Source: Epiperipatus broadwayi | Lineage: Eukaryota; Animalia; Onychophora | DNA length: 64,000 nucleotides | Direction: 5' to 3' | Assembly (NCBI GenBank): GCA_028023455.1 | Contig: JAQFVV010000003.1 | Location: forward strand, 25,606,001-25,670,000 | Part shown: piece after piece, positions 26,001-39,959 of the stretch | Position numbering within the stretch: the stretch's first letter is position 1 | How the letters are laid out: each line of letters begins with the position of its first letter | Made by a program: the position numbers and the translations under genes | The notes under the pieces: generated by a model | Told to the model about the DNA's origin: nothing | The model's input: only the letters and a program-made list of their open reading frames with translations | The model's database searches: none

Positions 26001-28350
26001 ATGGTCTGAAAATAGGCATGGATTGAATTGGAAGTTGATTAAGTGATGAAGCATTGGTGTGTAGTAGCATAGAGCAATAAGTGTGGTGTGCCATTGATTA
26101 TAGAATATCAGTGAATCTGTAATAACAAAGCCCTGAGCATTCATGAGTGGCTGATTTAATTGATGTAACCATTTTGTATTGAATTTTGCATAGCTTAAGT
26201 TGAAATCACCTATTAATATTGTTGGGTTGTTACTGGTTGCAAACTGGGAGTTTATTGTGAGAATTATATGTGCTATTATGCTAGGATCTGGGGGTAAATA
26301 CCCAAAAATAATGTTGAGTGTGGTGAATTGATGCTGAAATGTAGTTATTAGGAGATGTGAGTCAATGTAAATAATTTTAAAGATTGAAAAATTGCAGTTT
26401 GAGGCTATAAATATGCCTATTCCTGTTGAAGATGGTGATGGGTTCCTGGTGTATGTGGAAAAATTTTGATTGTCTAGGTATGTGGCTGAATTAATTTGTG
26501 ATCCATTATAGATTTTTGTTTCCAGTAGACCTAGTATTTGTGTTTGTATGATGCTAATCCATGTTGAGCTGGTATATTTTTGCTATTAAATTAATGCCAC
26601 TGACATTCAGCACCACTATTTTAATTTTCATTAACTATGTAGCTGAGATTGCTTTGTGTTTTTGTTGTGATTATTTTGGAGCTTTACATTGTGTATTTTC
26701 ACTGATTTGCTTTATTTCTATTTGTTTTTGATTTGTGTTGTTGGCTTTTGTATCATTCTTCTGTTTGTTTTTTATATTGAGTGTGTTGCAGGTTTTGTGC
26801 TTTCTCAGTTTGTGATTAACTATTTTTTGAATAAATTTGTGATTATTTCCATTGGACATAAGTCCTCATTTATATAATCAATGAATGGTGAATAAAGTTA
26901 ACATAATCTGTCTTCACTTTTTTGCTAGCTTTTTTTTTTTTGGTAAGTCTCCCAAGCTTTCTGGTTGGATTGGGTTTGTTAGTTGCATTGTTGTCCTAGA
27001 ATTTCTTGGGGATAGATCTCCATAATTTCTATGGCTGTCTCATTGGTAATAGTATGCTGTGTGATTTTATCCATTGAACAATCAAATTCTGGCATATATA
27101 CATTTGCCTTAATTTTTTGGTTTTTTTTTTGCTTGGCTTCTGCTTTCTCTTTGGTCATGTTCTTTGGTTTGGAGTTTTGTTGTTTTTTCTGTGAACAAAT
27201 CTATAGATCTAAGCTTGTTATCTCTACTTTTTTGTTATTATTATTTCTTTGTGCAGTTTGTTCACTGCTATTCTTGGCAATGGCTATATTTTCTTCTGAT
27301 GCATATTAGGGTTGAAATTTTGTTCTCGTTAGTGTGCATTTTGATTTCTGGTTAAGCTCTGGTAATTTGGACATTGTGCAGTAACATGTTCCCTTCATTT
27401 ACATGAGTAACACTGTGGTTTCAGTCCTCTAATATATAGAGTGGGTACTGCTTTTTGATCTAGGATTTGTGTTGGTATATCATCTGGATCAGTATCTGGA
27501 TGCAGTTTTATTTTGAATTTGTATTACTCATGATTGGTATTGGTGTGTCTTTCCGGTATACTGTTTTGAACATAATGACCTTGCCAAATGGTTCCATCAT
27601 CCCTTGGCAGTCTTGTTCTTTGTATCCCAGATGTGTTCTTAATTATTCCTGAAATGATATTGTGATAGTTTTGGTCTATAATAATCAATAAGAAGTAACC
27701 CAATAATTTGATTTGTCTTTGAAATCTTTCTCTTTGTGTGATTTCATAAAATTCCAGTATTAGGTACTGGTCATTGGGATGTTCTGAAATCTGTAGCATT
27801 GTGTCCCAAATTCATTTTATGTTATTGCCTCATACAGCAACTCTTTTGGGAATTTATATAATGAAATCTTGCTGTCTGTTGTTGACAACACTATGGACTT
27901 GGGTGAAAAAATCTCTTGAATGTTGCAAAGAGATGCTTTGGTATGGATTTATTGAATAATTCAGTTGTGATGTTTAATTTTTCTTCATTCCAGACAATTT
28001 GTGGTGGATTTTGACTTCCCTGTTTTTTAATTTTTCAATTATTTTTATCACTATCGGTTGGCTTCCTATATCGGGATTGATAATTTTAGAAATGATTGCA
28101 TTGCCTTTTTTTATTATCTCTTTGCTGATATCTGAATTAAATTGATTTTTTTTTTTTGTTAAAATAAATATTTTTTCTCTGACCAGGTCTGCAAATGTTG
28201 GCTTGTTTTTTTTTATATATGGCTTTTCATTGGAGTTTTTGCCGCCGTTAATTAGGTCATGTGATCTTTGAAGCTCCATGCTTGCATTGTTAATTTGTTG
28301 AAGTTGGCTTTCAATTTAAAAATTATCAGTTAAATTCTGCTTATTTTTTC
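23021..28350 (-). mobile_element. Apparently full-length, degenerate L1/Tx1-like LINE (ORF1 with CCHC knuckle, ORF2 APE-RT)
   Basis: ORF1 relic with CYSCK*REHVTAQC (about 27372-27414). APE motifs LNVSGI, LLETK, LIGDFN, FSDH (about 25980-26640). RT motifs QYAKKGSST, IQLDIQAA, YMDD (24699-24710). AATAAA signals at 23024-23029 and 23059-23064. Confidence 0.85.
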
Positions 28351-28351
28351 T

Positions 28352-28501
<150 letters not shown>

Positions 28502-28509
28502 TGTCATTA

Positions 28510-29990
28510 CTAGTGATTTTAATCTTTCCTATTTATACTCAGGTAATAATTTAATATATTCAATCTTACTTTCATCTAAAGCATGGGAATGATTCAGTTT
28601 TGTAAGTTCCTTAAAGCTAAAACAATTTAATTCCTACAATAATTTCAATAACAGCATATAAGACTCTATTCTTAGTAATTTTCCTACGATTGAATGTTTA
28701 ACTATTTTTTATTTTCCTTTTCCATTGATTTACATCATCCTCCATTAGAATTTTATATTAATGTTCAATTTAATAGAACTTGTCCTTTCAGAAGTATTAA
28801 AATAAACTACAAAAAGGAAAACTATTTGGATCTTTATTTAGAATTATCTAATTTTAATTGGAAAAGTGTGTATTCTTCTTCAAATATGATTACTGTATGG
28901 AGTTTTTTGAATAGACATTTACTAAGCCAACTGACAAATTTATTACTAGGAAGATTTTTTTAGTTAATAGTTTTCCTGTCAGGTTTTCGATCTCTCTTAA
29001 AGAAATTATAAAAAGTAAATCATTTCACTATGGCAGTATCGGAAAATAAGGAACTTGATTTTCTATAACAGTTTTGTTAACTATATAAGATTATTCAACG
29101 TTATATATCATAGATATTTTCTAAAATTCATGCAAAATATTGAAACTCATATTTCTGATAACCCTGAGAAATTTTGATCTCTGATCAAAGATTTAAGTAT
29201 TATTAAAAAAAAATTACAAAGTGATAATGATTCAAATGTAATTGCAAATGATTTTTCTCATTATTTCTCAAAACTTTCTAAATAATCAAAATCTCTTCCA
29301 GGCCTGACATAAAATAATTGATGGAAAGATAGCATTTAGTCTAATTATTGAATCTGACATTATTTTTGCTATTAAGCAGTTGAAATTACATTCTGATATG
29401 GGGTTTGACAACATTTCACCTTTTATTTATAAAGGATGTGCTTAATACATTGCTTCTCCTTTTTTGCATACATTTAATTGCTCTTTAGCAAATGGTATTT
29501 TCCCTAAGTCCCTTAAACTTGCTAAAGTTGTATCTATTTTCAAAAAAGAATCTAGGAATTCAGTAAATGATTAAAGATCTATTTCAGTTCTACACACTAT
29601 TGCCTAAATATTTGAAAGATATTTATACAATAATTTTATCTTTGATGTCATTAATCAGAACCACATGGTTTTTTTTATCTAATAGATCCAGTGAAATAAA
29701 TCTGCTAACTATTTTTGATCACATTTTCAATTCAATTGAGGATCAATCCATGTTGGATGTTATTTATTTTGATATATATAAAGTTTTTAATAGAGTTAAT
29801 CTTAAAATTCTTCTTAGAAAAGTTTGCAGATTAGGTTTTTCCAAAAGATTAGGTTTGACTCTTTTCTTAAAAGCAGGATAACTTGTAGGAAGTTTAACAA
29901 TAAAGAATTATCACCATTTTGTTGCTTCATTGTGGTACACTAAGGCTATTCTTGCACCATTATTATTTAATATATATATAATATTTAAAT
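28510..29990 (+). mobile_element. Degenerate CR1/Jockey-group LINE fragment (APE end plus RT)
   Basis: Motifs DLHHPPL, GIFPKSLKLAKVVSIFKK, VIYFDIYKVFNRVN, PLLFNIYI. Confidence 0.85.
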
Positions 29991-30034
29991 ACTATACTAA
30001 ATTTAATGTTATTAGACCTCTTACATGTATTTCA

Positions 30035-30281
30035 ATGGACATATTAAGGTCCAATATATGAGGGGCCAAAGTGATTTAAAATCAACATGGGTATGGTGAT
30101 AATATTGGCATCAACAAGGGCTTTGAGTGTTCCACCTCGGTTTTTCAATGATATAGATGGCTGAAGAGTTGGAGAAGTTTGAAGCTTGTCCCTTAAAGTT
30201 TGAAGATTTTCTATCTTAATATAAACTTAACACTGATTGTATGTATGTGTGGAAGATGGATGATATGAACCAATGAAGCAC

Positions 30282-30379
<98 letters not shown>

Positions 30380-30485
30380 ACTCATTTATCTTTCTCACAT
30401 GTATGTGATCATGTTTATTGGTTTATGAGATGGAGTGGATAGCTGTAGGAGTTTGTAAGTCTGAATTCAAATCTTGTCTAAATGT
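30035..30485. mobile_element. HH-A copy 3 (inverted); the hammerhead position is replaced by a (TA)45 tract
   Basis: The reverse complement aligns to 6620-6990. CCAA (30270-30273) and TTGG (30375-30378) flank the (TA)n at 30285-30374. Confidence 0.8.
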
Positions 30486-30847
30486 ATATATATATACTGT
30501 ACCTACTGAAATTTGAGATGTATTTCAGTATATGGTAAGATGTCAATCATAATTTTTTTTATCTTTTTTAATTTTTGGATGGTGAATATGTTAACTTATG
30601 AAATATTAACTATGTTGCTATGATAACAATAATATTAATACAAAATTGTTTATTATTAATCATATTGTAAGACTGTAAATTGACTTTATTCATTTTAAAA
30701 AGAAAAATGAATATGTAAATAATAAAGCATACAGTTTGGATGAAATTATTCTTTTATTATATGTTTGTTTTCGTTGCTGCATTCGCAATAGTAAATTATA
30801 AACAATACAAATAAATATTTAATATTTTAAAATCCCTTTTATTTGTA

Positions 30848-30881
<34 letters not shown>

Positions 30882-31854
30882 AACCTACTGAAATTTGAGA
30901 TGTATTTCAATATATGGTAAGTGTCAGTATAAATACATATTTCCAGTATAATATGTTGAAAATGTATTGTAAATTATTAATTTTTTTGTTGAAATAAAAA
31001 ATAGTATTGGTATTTTGAAATGTAAATTTTTATTGTATGTAATAATTCTAAAATATTTACTCTTATTTGTTGTATAATACAATTTTTATTAGAAAAATAT
31101 TACTGGAAATTGCTTAATAAAGAGTGAATATAGAATTACTATAGTTACACTGATGTCAATGAAAAAACATTATAAATAGGATTGAATAATTTGAAATCAT
31201 TCTTCTCTCTCTTGTTTTTGCTTTAAACAGAAGCATGTATAAATTTATTTGCACAATTTTTTTATTTATCTTAAAAGTATATAATTAACTGAACAAAATG
31301 GGTAATAAGTAGTATTGTCTGCCCATAGACCAGACAGCATCATCAAAAAAATTTTATGGGAAAACAATTTATTATAAAAAAAAAAAAACAATCATCAAAT
31401 TACTTCATTACATTGTAAAGCATCAGAATACTTTATCCTTTAAAATGGATGTTACCTATATTTTAAAGATGGAGTAAAAACATCGGAAGGAGTACAAGAG
31501 TCATATCTACCTGCCTGTATAATTTTATTAGATTGATTGATTACTTTTTTTAAAGATATGAATCAGTTTAATTCCGGTCATATTGTCTTACATAAAGCTA
31601 ACATCTATTCATTCACAGTATTTTGAAATAATACTTGCTCATAAAAGAATATATCTTTATACCATCATGAAAATTAACTATTATTTATGTGTGTAACATT
31701 ACATAAACTAAGTAATTATTATTTGAAAGAATAATTTGGATATATATAAAACATCATAATTGAAAAAATGTACTTTGAATTTAAAATTTTTTATGAATAT
31801 ATTATATCTTCTCTGGAACAAAGGCATACTATTGATTTGTAGTTTGAAATAAAC

Positions 31855-32245
31855 ATCAGAACTGTAATGTGATGCCATCCTGAAAATACAGTATTTAAAG
31901 ATTCATTCAGGTTCTGTAGCTATCTGGCTTGTTAGGCTGGGTTTGAAGACATTACATGTCTGAAAAATTCATGCTTGCAAACTGATAGGAACCTGTTGCA
32001 TAAATGCTTGGAGTCAGTGTTTAGATCTAGTTTCTAGCCCTATCCTTCACTGATGATAGCAAATTAGCTTGAAATCAGCTGATCTGAAGGTGGAGCCAAC
32101 GAAAGAGAAAGTGAATTCTGACTCTTTTGACGTTTATGTAAACAAAAATACACTTGTTTGGAGGTTTTGGTAAAGCTCCATCTATTGATCATAAATGCAA
32201 GTGATAGCAAGTTACGTGATTTATAACTTGTTTTTGTTTTTCATA
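31855..32245. mobile_element. Repeat family HH-B, copy 2 (inverted)
   Basis: The reverse complement aligns to 9430-9750 and to 9787-9826. Confidence 0.85.
32044..32090 (+). ncRNA. Minimal type I hammerhead ribozyme, core intact
   Basis: CCTTCA CTGATGA T AGC AAATTA GCT T GAAA TCAGCTGA TC TGAAGG: stem III palindrome ATCAGCTGAT, predicted cleavage after C32084. Confidence 0.9.
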
Positions 32246-35200
32246 TATATATATATTATCTTTATTTAAAAATATATTATATTTATTGACAAATAGCATA
32301 TAATTTTAAGCCAAATAGTAATCTATTTACATACCAAAATATAAGAAAATTACATTTTTTAAAGTTTAAACTTATATCTTGTGGTATAGTAATTATTCTA
32401 ATATACTTAAAATCTATTCAATTTTTTATTGATTTAAATTAAATCTAAGTATATCATTTATATTATAAGTTCAAAAATAAAAGAATTTTTTCATAATAAG
32501 TATTCACTTTACATTGTCCTCTTAAATTCATATTAATAAATAATGAGATTCATCTTTATACATTAAATTCTCTTTGATTTTGGAAAGTACAAACATTCTG
32601 CAACATATTTTGTGCTACATAGACAATCATATATTTAAATATAAAACTAAAATCAATTGATGATTTATTGTACATTCAATTAGATTCTATGTGTACATGT
32701 CAATTGTTCATGGTCTAATCATATATATATATATTAATCATATAATTGATATTCATTTATTAATAAATTTTAATTTAACTTAAAAAAAAATTGTCTGATT
32801 ATTTGTTCAAGAGTGCAATATGAATTCATTGATTAATAACAATCAAGTGAGATAAGATAAACTGTGTATATCATAAAATTTATTTGAAATAACTATATCA
32901 CCTAATCCAGACATCTAATCCCAGGATTAGTGAGTGTGGTTATATATTTTTGTATTGAATTCTATAGTTATTATCTGACTGAATATACTTTATATGATAA
33001 TCACAATCAAATATATGTGTGTTTTATCTAAATTATTATTAACTGGATAAGTACTGTAATGATTTCATGGTTGGTCAATAAAGATCTTAATCTTATTCAA
33101 TCAGAAAGCTGTTAGTAGTATATTTTGTTTTATTATAAGTTAGAATGATTTGCTTTAGTTATATTTAACATTAGTTGAGGTGGATCATAAATGAAAATAA
33201 ATATTAAATTTTAATATTCATATTTGATAATAAATGCTAATAATTTTTTATATGTTTTGACTGTTATAATATACAGTTTTAATTATTTAGTTACAGGAAA
33301 TTTAAAATAAATTGATATGATTAGTTAATTGTACTTAAATAAATATCCAATAGAAATCTACTGTTTCTATTATATATTGATATGATTGGAAATTATAGAT
33401 TCAAGATTATCTTATAGGTTTATTCATATTACATCATTATTAATATTATATCTTGTTATAAATAGTGTGATTAGTAATATTAAATTAACATATGAGTATA
33501 GCATGGCTGCATTAGTCTTATTTATCATTTTGTTAAATTAGGATTTAAAATTAATTGTTGGATCATATATTTATTTAGATATTATGAACTTATAGGACAT
33601 ACTAAAGCTGTTATTTCAATCATTTATAAATTATTTTATTTAGATATGAGCATCATTAAATTTTAGTAGAATTTCATATTATTATAAGCAATGTTTCATT
33701 TGTTAGGTATATTAGAATTTGGTTGTTGAATGATTTATTATTATTTTCATTTGATTATACATGAAATCTATCTTAAGCATATATTGTTGTTTTGAGACAG
33801 TGATATTTGATTTAATTGCTTTATTTTAATCTATTTTAAGTAAAGATTATATTTAGGGTATTTGAAGTGATGATTTTGTTTGTTTGCTGATTATTCTAAA
33901 TGCTGTCAGAACTTATGATGTTATAATAATTATCATTACTGTTTTGTTTTAGTATAGTTAACAGTCAGATATGTGATTAGATAAAAGATTATTTTAAGTA
34001 CTGAATAATTATTTATTGATTTATATTTATTCAGCTTAGTTTATTATGTTCATTCTATTGTGAATGATACTATTAATTCAGGGGTATTATAAAATTAGTA
34101 TTATTTTTTATTTATTTATATTTTATTCGGTTACAAACGATGTCTAACTTCAGGATTCATTTTCATTCTGTCACATACAGTGTCCAATGACTGGGCTATA
34201 TTTTATTCAGACTATATTAGAGTTATTTCACAATGCATATTTTTGATCTGTTACAAATGCCACTTAAATCATTGGGGTTATAACAGAGGTTAGCATGCAA
34301 ACATGATTATTCTATCATAAATAGCATAGGAGTTTGTAAGGCATAATTAAACAGGATCATTCTAATCATGGTTTTGTTATATCTGATTTGTCACAAATGG
34401 CTCTTACATATGTGGTGCATTAAAAGTAGAATATACCCTCAATTTTATCCTGTTATAAATAGTGCTATAACTCATAATAAGGGTCATTTCATCATCATAT
34501 TATCATGTCAGTTATAAAATATGTCCAAACCTGAACTTTTATTCTGTTATAACATCTGAGTTTAAAGGTATTGCCATTATGTTAATATTTTTCTGTGTTA
34601 TGTATAACATAATATTAAAAGTCATGTATATAGTATAAATTTTAAAATGATTTTAAACTGTTAACAATAAGTATAAAACTAATATATATATATTATTTTA
34701 AAATAATATTATTTTAAGTAAAAAAAAAGATTGTTATAGAAACCATTCACAAATTACTGGCAAGGGGAAATAAAATTGTTTGTGTTCCAAAAAATGGTAG
34801 GAATTGTAACTATTTCATTGTGTGTGTTTTACTGTATAGAAGCCAATAAAATTTTGTACAGATTTTTAAGTTAATATCATACATTTTATGTAGTAGAAAA
34901 TCCTCTAGAATGCTTTCCCTGATCTTTTCAGTATTGTAACTGAATATGGAATGGTAGGCAAAGAAGTGCCATAAAATTACTTTTGATTCTGCCAACCTAT
35001 TCATAACTATTCAATGCTGAAGAAATATTTGACATTTACTTACTAAAAAGGAAAACTAGTCATCTAAAATGATTATCCCATAAAAACGTACTTCTGTAAA
35101 TTAACCTGCAAGTCTATCTATCTTAAATGTTCAGAAAAAAATTGCAATGGAAATTCTCATAAGAAAACTGGCACAGAATTGCCAACAGACATTAAAATTA

Positions 35201-38200
35201 AATGATAAATGGCCATATTCCCACATTTATAGATACAAAATATATATGTGAGCTCACAAAGACATTAAGGTAATTATCTGCACTTTCTACAGCTATTCCC
35301 AAAGAGTTATTGTAAGCTACAGAGATATGATCATATAATTTTTTAAGTATAAATATGTAAATACATTATTATTATTATTATTATTATTATCATCATCATC
35401 ATTATTCAATTAAAGTTATTGTTAATAATTTTGTTGTTTGCCATTTCTCATTCAAACCTAAAACGATTATTTATTTTGTTAATGTAATAAAGTATTAGGT
35501 GAAGGAGGTAATGATCAGGAAATATAATTGAATTTGCATGGAAACTTGTTTTTATGTGGGTTCAATTTGATCATTGTTTGTGACCATTATTGACTTGTTA
35601 ATTAAAAATGAGTTGTAGGTCTGTCACTCCACCATGTCCACAGTCACCTGTTAGTTATCTTTAAATTCCCTTAGACTGAAATTAATTTGAACATATTGTA
35701 TTTTATTTAAATTTTATTGTTAACTTGATTATTACCAAGTGTTAAAAAGGTGGTCACCATTAAAATATATATATATTGTGACCTTGTGCTAATGCACATT
35801 GTCTTAGTTGATTATTTTAACTTCATAAGTTCATGCTATTTAAAAATAAATAAATAAAAGAAGAGATGATAAAATTCATTTCAAACTGATTAATAATTTA
35901 GTTGAGTTATTTTTATTTAATAGAGTTTAAAATATCTGAATAAAGCTGATTAGTTTATTTTAAATAAATATCAAGTTAGTTTTTTAAAAAAAAGTCAATT
36001 AATTATTAAATAGAGTAAATTTTAAAAGAATGTGAAGTAATTTCCTGTCTGTGTGTATAATGTATATGCATGCAAGATGGTTTATTAAAAATGGTATTTG
36101 TAATTAATTAAATTAATTTTAATTTTTAATTTATCTAAAAAAATAAATGAATAATTAGTTTAACATTAAAAGTGTTCAAAATAAATAAGTTTAGGAGTTT
36201 CTGATAAATTAAAAAGTGATAATTTAAAATAATAAATGTTATTTATTATATTGTTTTATTTATTTTTTATTAATTAAATAATTATTTTAGAAGTAAAGGT
36301 CAACTAAAAGTTTTAAATTATCATGTGGTATTTAAAAATATAACAAAATTATGTAATTTTCTTAATTAATTCTGTGTAGTAGTTTGAAATTTTTTTGATA
36401 GATGTCAGATTTTGAATAATGTGTATGATTAAGATGCCTATCAAAATGATGGTATAAAAGATGAGAATTGTCAGTATATGTGTGTGCTGCTATTCTCACA
36501 TCTGCTGCTGAATTCTTATGCCTGCTTGCTCCCCAATAAAACAGTATTTTTTTTTAATTTTTAGCTATCTTTTATTGAAAGTGTTAATTTTCTAAAACTT
36601 TTATTATTTTTAACTAATAATACATGGCTAGAAGAAGATAATAGGGTGCTTTATTTCTTATACTTAATCTAATTCAGAAGCTCTAAAGAATTAACAAAAT
36701 GTTTGAGGAAAAAATTTACTTTTTACTAATTCAGCTTTCAATCATGCTTAAACCAGAATTTAAAGAATAAAAAGATAATGTTATATATTATTTTTAAAAA
36801 CTATATTGGACATTGAACTAGATTATTTTTACTTTCTATGTCTCACCTTTAGTAAAATAAGATTTAAATTAACTGTGGAAAGACTTTTTAAAATTAAATT
36901 TAAAGATAAAAAAAATCTTGCTTCAATGGATATTAATATTTTCTAAGTTTAAAACATGCAATTCATGATTACTTAAGTGAATTTATTTTTAAAATATTCT
37001 CTTGATAAAGACTATAAATGTTGACTTGCCTATTTTATAGAAGAAAATGAACTTTGTTATGTGTTTAGATTATTAGTGTTTGCAAAAAAAAAAAACATTT
37101 TTTTAATGTGAAGCTAAATTGAAAAAAAGACATAACTTTAATGTATGATAATATTATACATTATGAAACTGAACTATTTAAATTGCAGACTTTTAAAGTA
37201 GATAGTAATTTTTTAAAAAAAATTACTATAGTTAAGTGCCTGAGTGAAAAGAATGCAATTTTTAAGAAGAATATTTAAAATACTTTGATAAACAAAGAAG
37301 CTGTTCATTTTTCCAGGATATAACTGTGGACAAAATTAAATGAAAATTCACCTAATGATGTTGGCTGTTAAAATTGAAATATTGAAAACAAGCTAGCTAA
37401 TTTTTTTATATAAACCTGTGAAAAATGGTCCAAATCTTTGCTGTAACTATTTGTTAATTGTTTTTATTATGTATTGTTTGTTCCAGAAGGTCATAATTTG
37501 CTTTCATTTTCTCATAAAAATATATGCCAAGTATGGATGCATCACTCTTTAAAACAATTCACCTGGAAAAATGACGTTGTTTGCTCATGTCAGATTGCTC
37601 ACTGCAAAAAGAACTTGAATGAAGAACTATGGATGCTTTAAAAAATACTAATAATACTTTATTATTTTTTATTATTATCTTATATTATTTTTAATATTAT
37701 GCCAAAGTATTTTTCTATAATTTATGACATAATTATGCAATTGTTCTTCTGATAGAGAAGGTAAAATGCTATATTTTTTTTTATTGTTGGCTTAAAGTCA
37801 ATTATGAGGTATTAGGTGTCAGGTAAAGATACATTTTCTTTTTTTACATATATGAATAGTATTTATTAATATTTTATTTATCTGTTAACATTTGGCAAGT
37901 AAGCAAGCAAAATCACCAGATAGCTGTCTATAGAATTATTGTTTGTTTGTTTCCAACTAACTGGCATCCAATCAGAATGAGAATATTACTAAATCCAGGA
38001 ATATGAATGCATTACCTTGAGATTAATGTAAAATTCATATTACACATATTTAAAGATCTAAAATGCTTAAATCTTAGAAGTTAACATATAGTCAGTGAGT
38101 TAGTTTTCATTTTAATGGCATCATTTAAGAGAATCTGTTGAGGTTTGTGGTGGTTGAGAGTTCAAAAATATTTGCATAATCAAATGCAATAGTATATTTG

Positions 38201-38344
38201 CTTTTAAGTAAAAAAAATGAAACAATTGAATCATTTATTACTCAAAAGTTTGTAAAAAGTTCAAGTACTGAAAATGATAAAGTTGGGTCATAATCCCATG
38301 ATCTTGAGCTTAAGAGTTTGTCTTTTACCAAACTATACAGGACT

Positions 38345-38534
38345 ACTAAACATCACATGATAACCATTTCCTAAGATCTAGGTGCAGTGCTCTCAGATCC
38401 AAGACTCTGGACTGATGAAAGCCACAAGCTAGAAACTAGTCTAAGGATATTGGATGAGTAAGCAGATAGGGATTCATTGATTACTCTGCCTTGGACTGAG
38501 TGGCACTACTGTATGGAGAATTTTGCCTGTTTCC
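38345..38534 (+). mobile_element. HH-C monomer flanked by a 10-bp direct repeat
   Basis: Matches 20477-20505 plus 20680-20865. atacaggact at 38335-38344 and 38535-38544. Confidence 0.88.
38411..38442 (+). ncRNA. Minimal hammerhead motif, core intact, stem I decayed
   Basis: A CTGATGA A AGC CACAA GCT A GAAA CTAG TC T: stem III palindrome ACTAGT. Confidence 0.75.
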
Positions 38535-39959
38535 ATACAGGACTGACAGTTTAATGCTTGAATGTTACATGATCTCCTAATGTTATTATTTATTTATATT
38601 AAATACATCTTAAAGATTAACTAAAAGATTCAAAAAGTGAAAGCCATTTTAATTCTTAGAATCATAGGAATTGTCTTATTTTATGTATTACACTCACACA
38701 CACACATTTTTAAAAATACAGCTAATAATAATAGTACAAATTTATCAAACACCATTATTATGTAGCAATATTATAAACAGCTAACAAACAAATTTTTATT
38801 CCAAAATACATACTTTTAAATCTGACTCTATAGAGTTTAACAATGTCATTCTTTTACCAGTGAAGCTCATCATAAAAAGTCAGGCGGACTTCTATAAGAA
38901 AAAAAAGCTTATCTCAAGCCTAACTACATACCTCAAACCCACAATGCGGAACTTAGGCTAGATAGTTTTATCTTAAACTTTTTCCATAGTGGAGTTTTTA
39001 TTATCTATGAAAAAAAGCAAAACATTTAGAGCTCAGATAATTATAATAATATGAATATCAGAGTGATAGTTCACTGCATATTTCTTGCAGTTAAAACTTG
39101 GATATATTATATAGTATATTTTGATCAAAGAACTCACAAACGTGCATACAAACTATATATAAATAGTTTACGCCCACATGTAACATATATTATATAGGAT
39201 AAATATGTTACATTATTTAATATTTGATTGTATGTGGTATAAAAGAAAAAAATAACAGTTTTAAATAAGGGACCGCAGGATCAAGATTTCAGTAAGTTGA
39301 TGAGATATTAAAATATATATATATCACTTTGATAGTTCTTGGATTGCCAATCAACCTATTATTTCTGGTATTCCAATATCCCACAGCATTCCAAGCAACT
39401 AGATATTAGTTTTTCTCTATTGTGTGAATTATTGTAATGACAGAGTAATGGGCCGCCTACGTATTCGGCTATCCGCATTCTATTTTTGTTTAATTGTCTC
39501 TTTAAAACAGTACATCTACATCATGAAATAAGACTGGGATAATTGATAAATTTATTCATAAAATATAGATATATAAGTTCGTAAATAATTAAAATATAGA
39601 ACAGAAAATAAAATATGAAAATGAAACATTTTCCTGCGCTACAATAAGTATTTCCTTTTTTTTTTTTAGAAATTAATTTAAAATGTTTTTATTTGAAAAA
39701 AAAAAAAAAAATGTAAACATAACACTTAAATTGTTTTAGGGGTTTTTTTTTTAAAAAAAAAGAGGTAAAAATAAATGTTACGTTCTTCATTTAGACTTCA
39801 GGTCATCTATGATAGAAAAAAAAGTTAAGGGAGAATTTAGTCATTTTGCATGGTCCATTCATATTGTGGCTGCCATTTTCCTCTGTGCTTTTTTTTTTTT
39901 TGGATACAAAAAAAAAAAACAATTACTGGGTGGCGAAAATCCAAATAAATAAGAAATAA

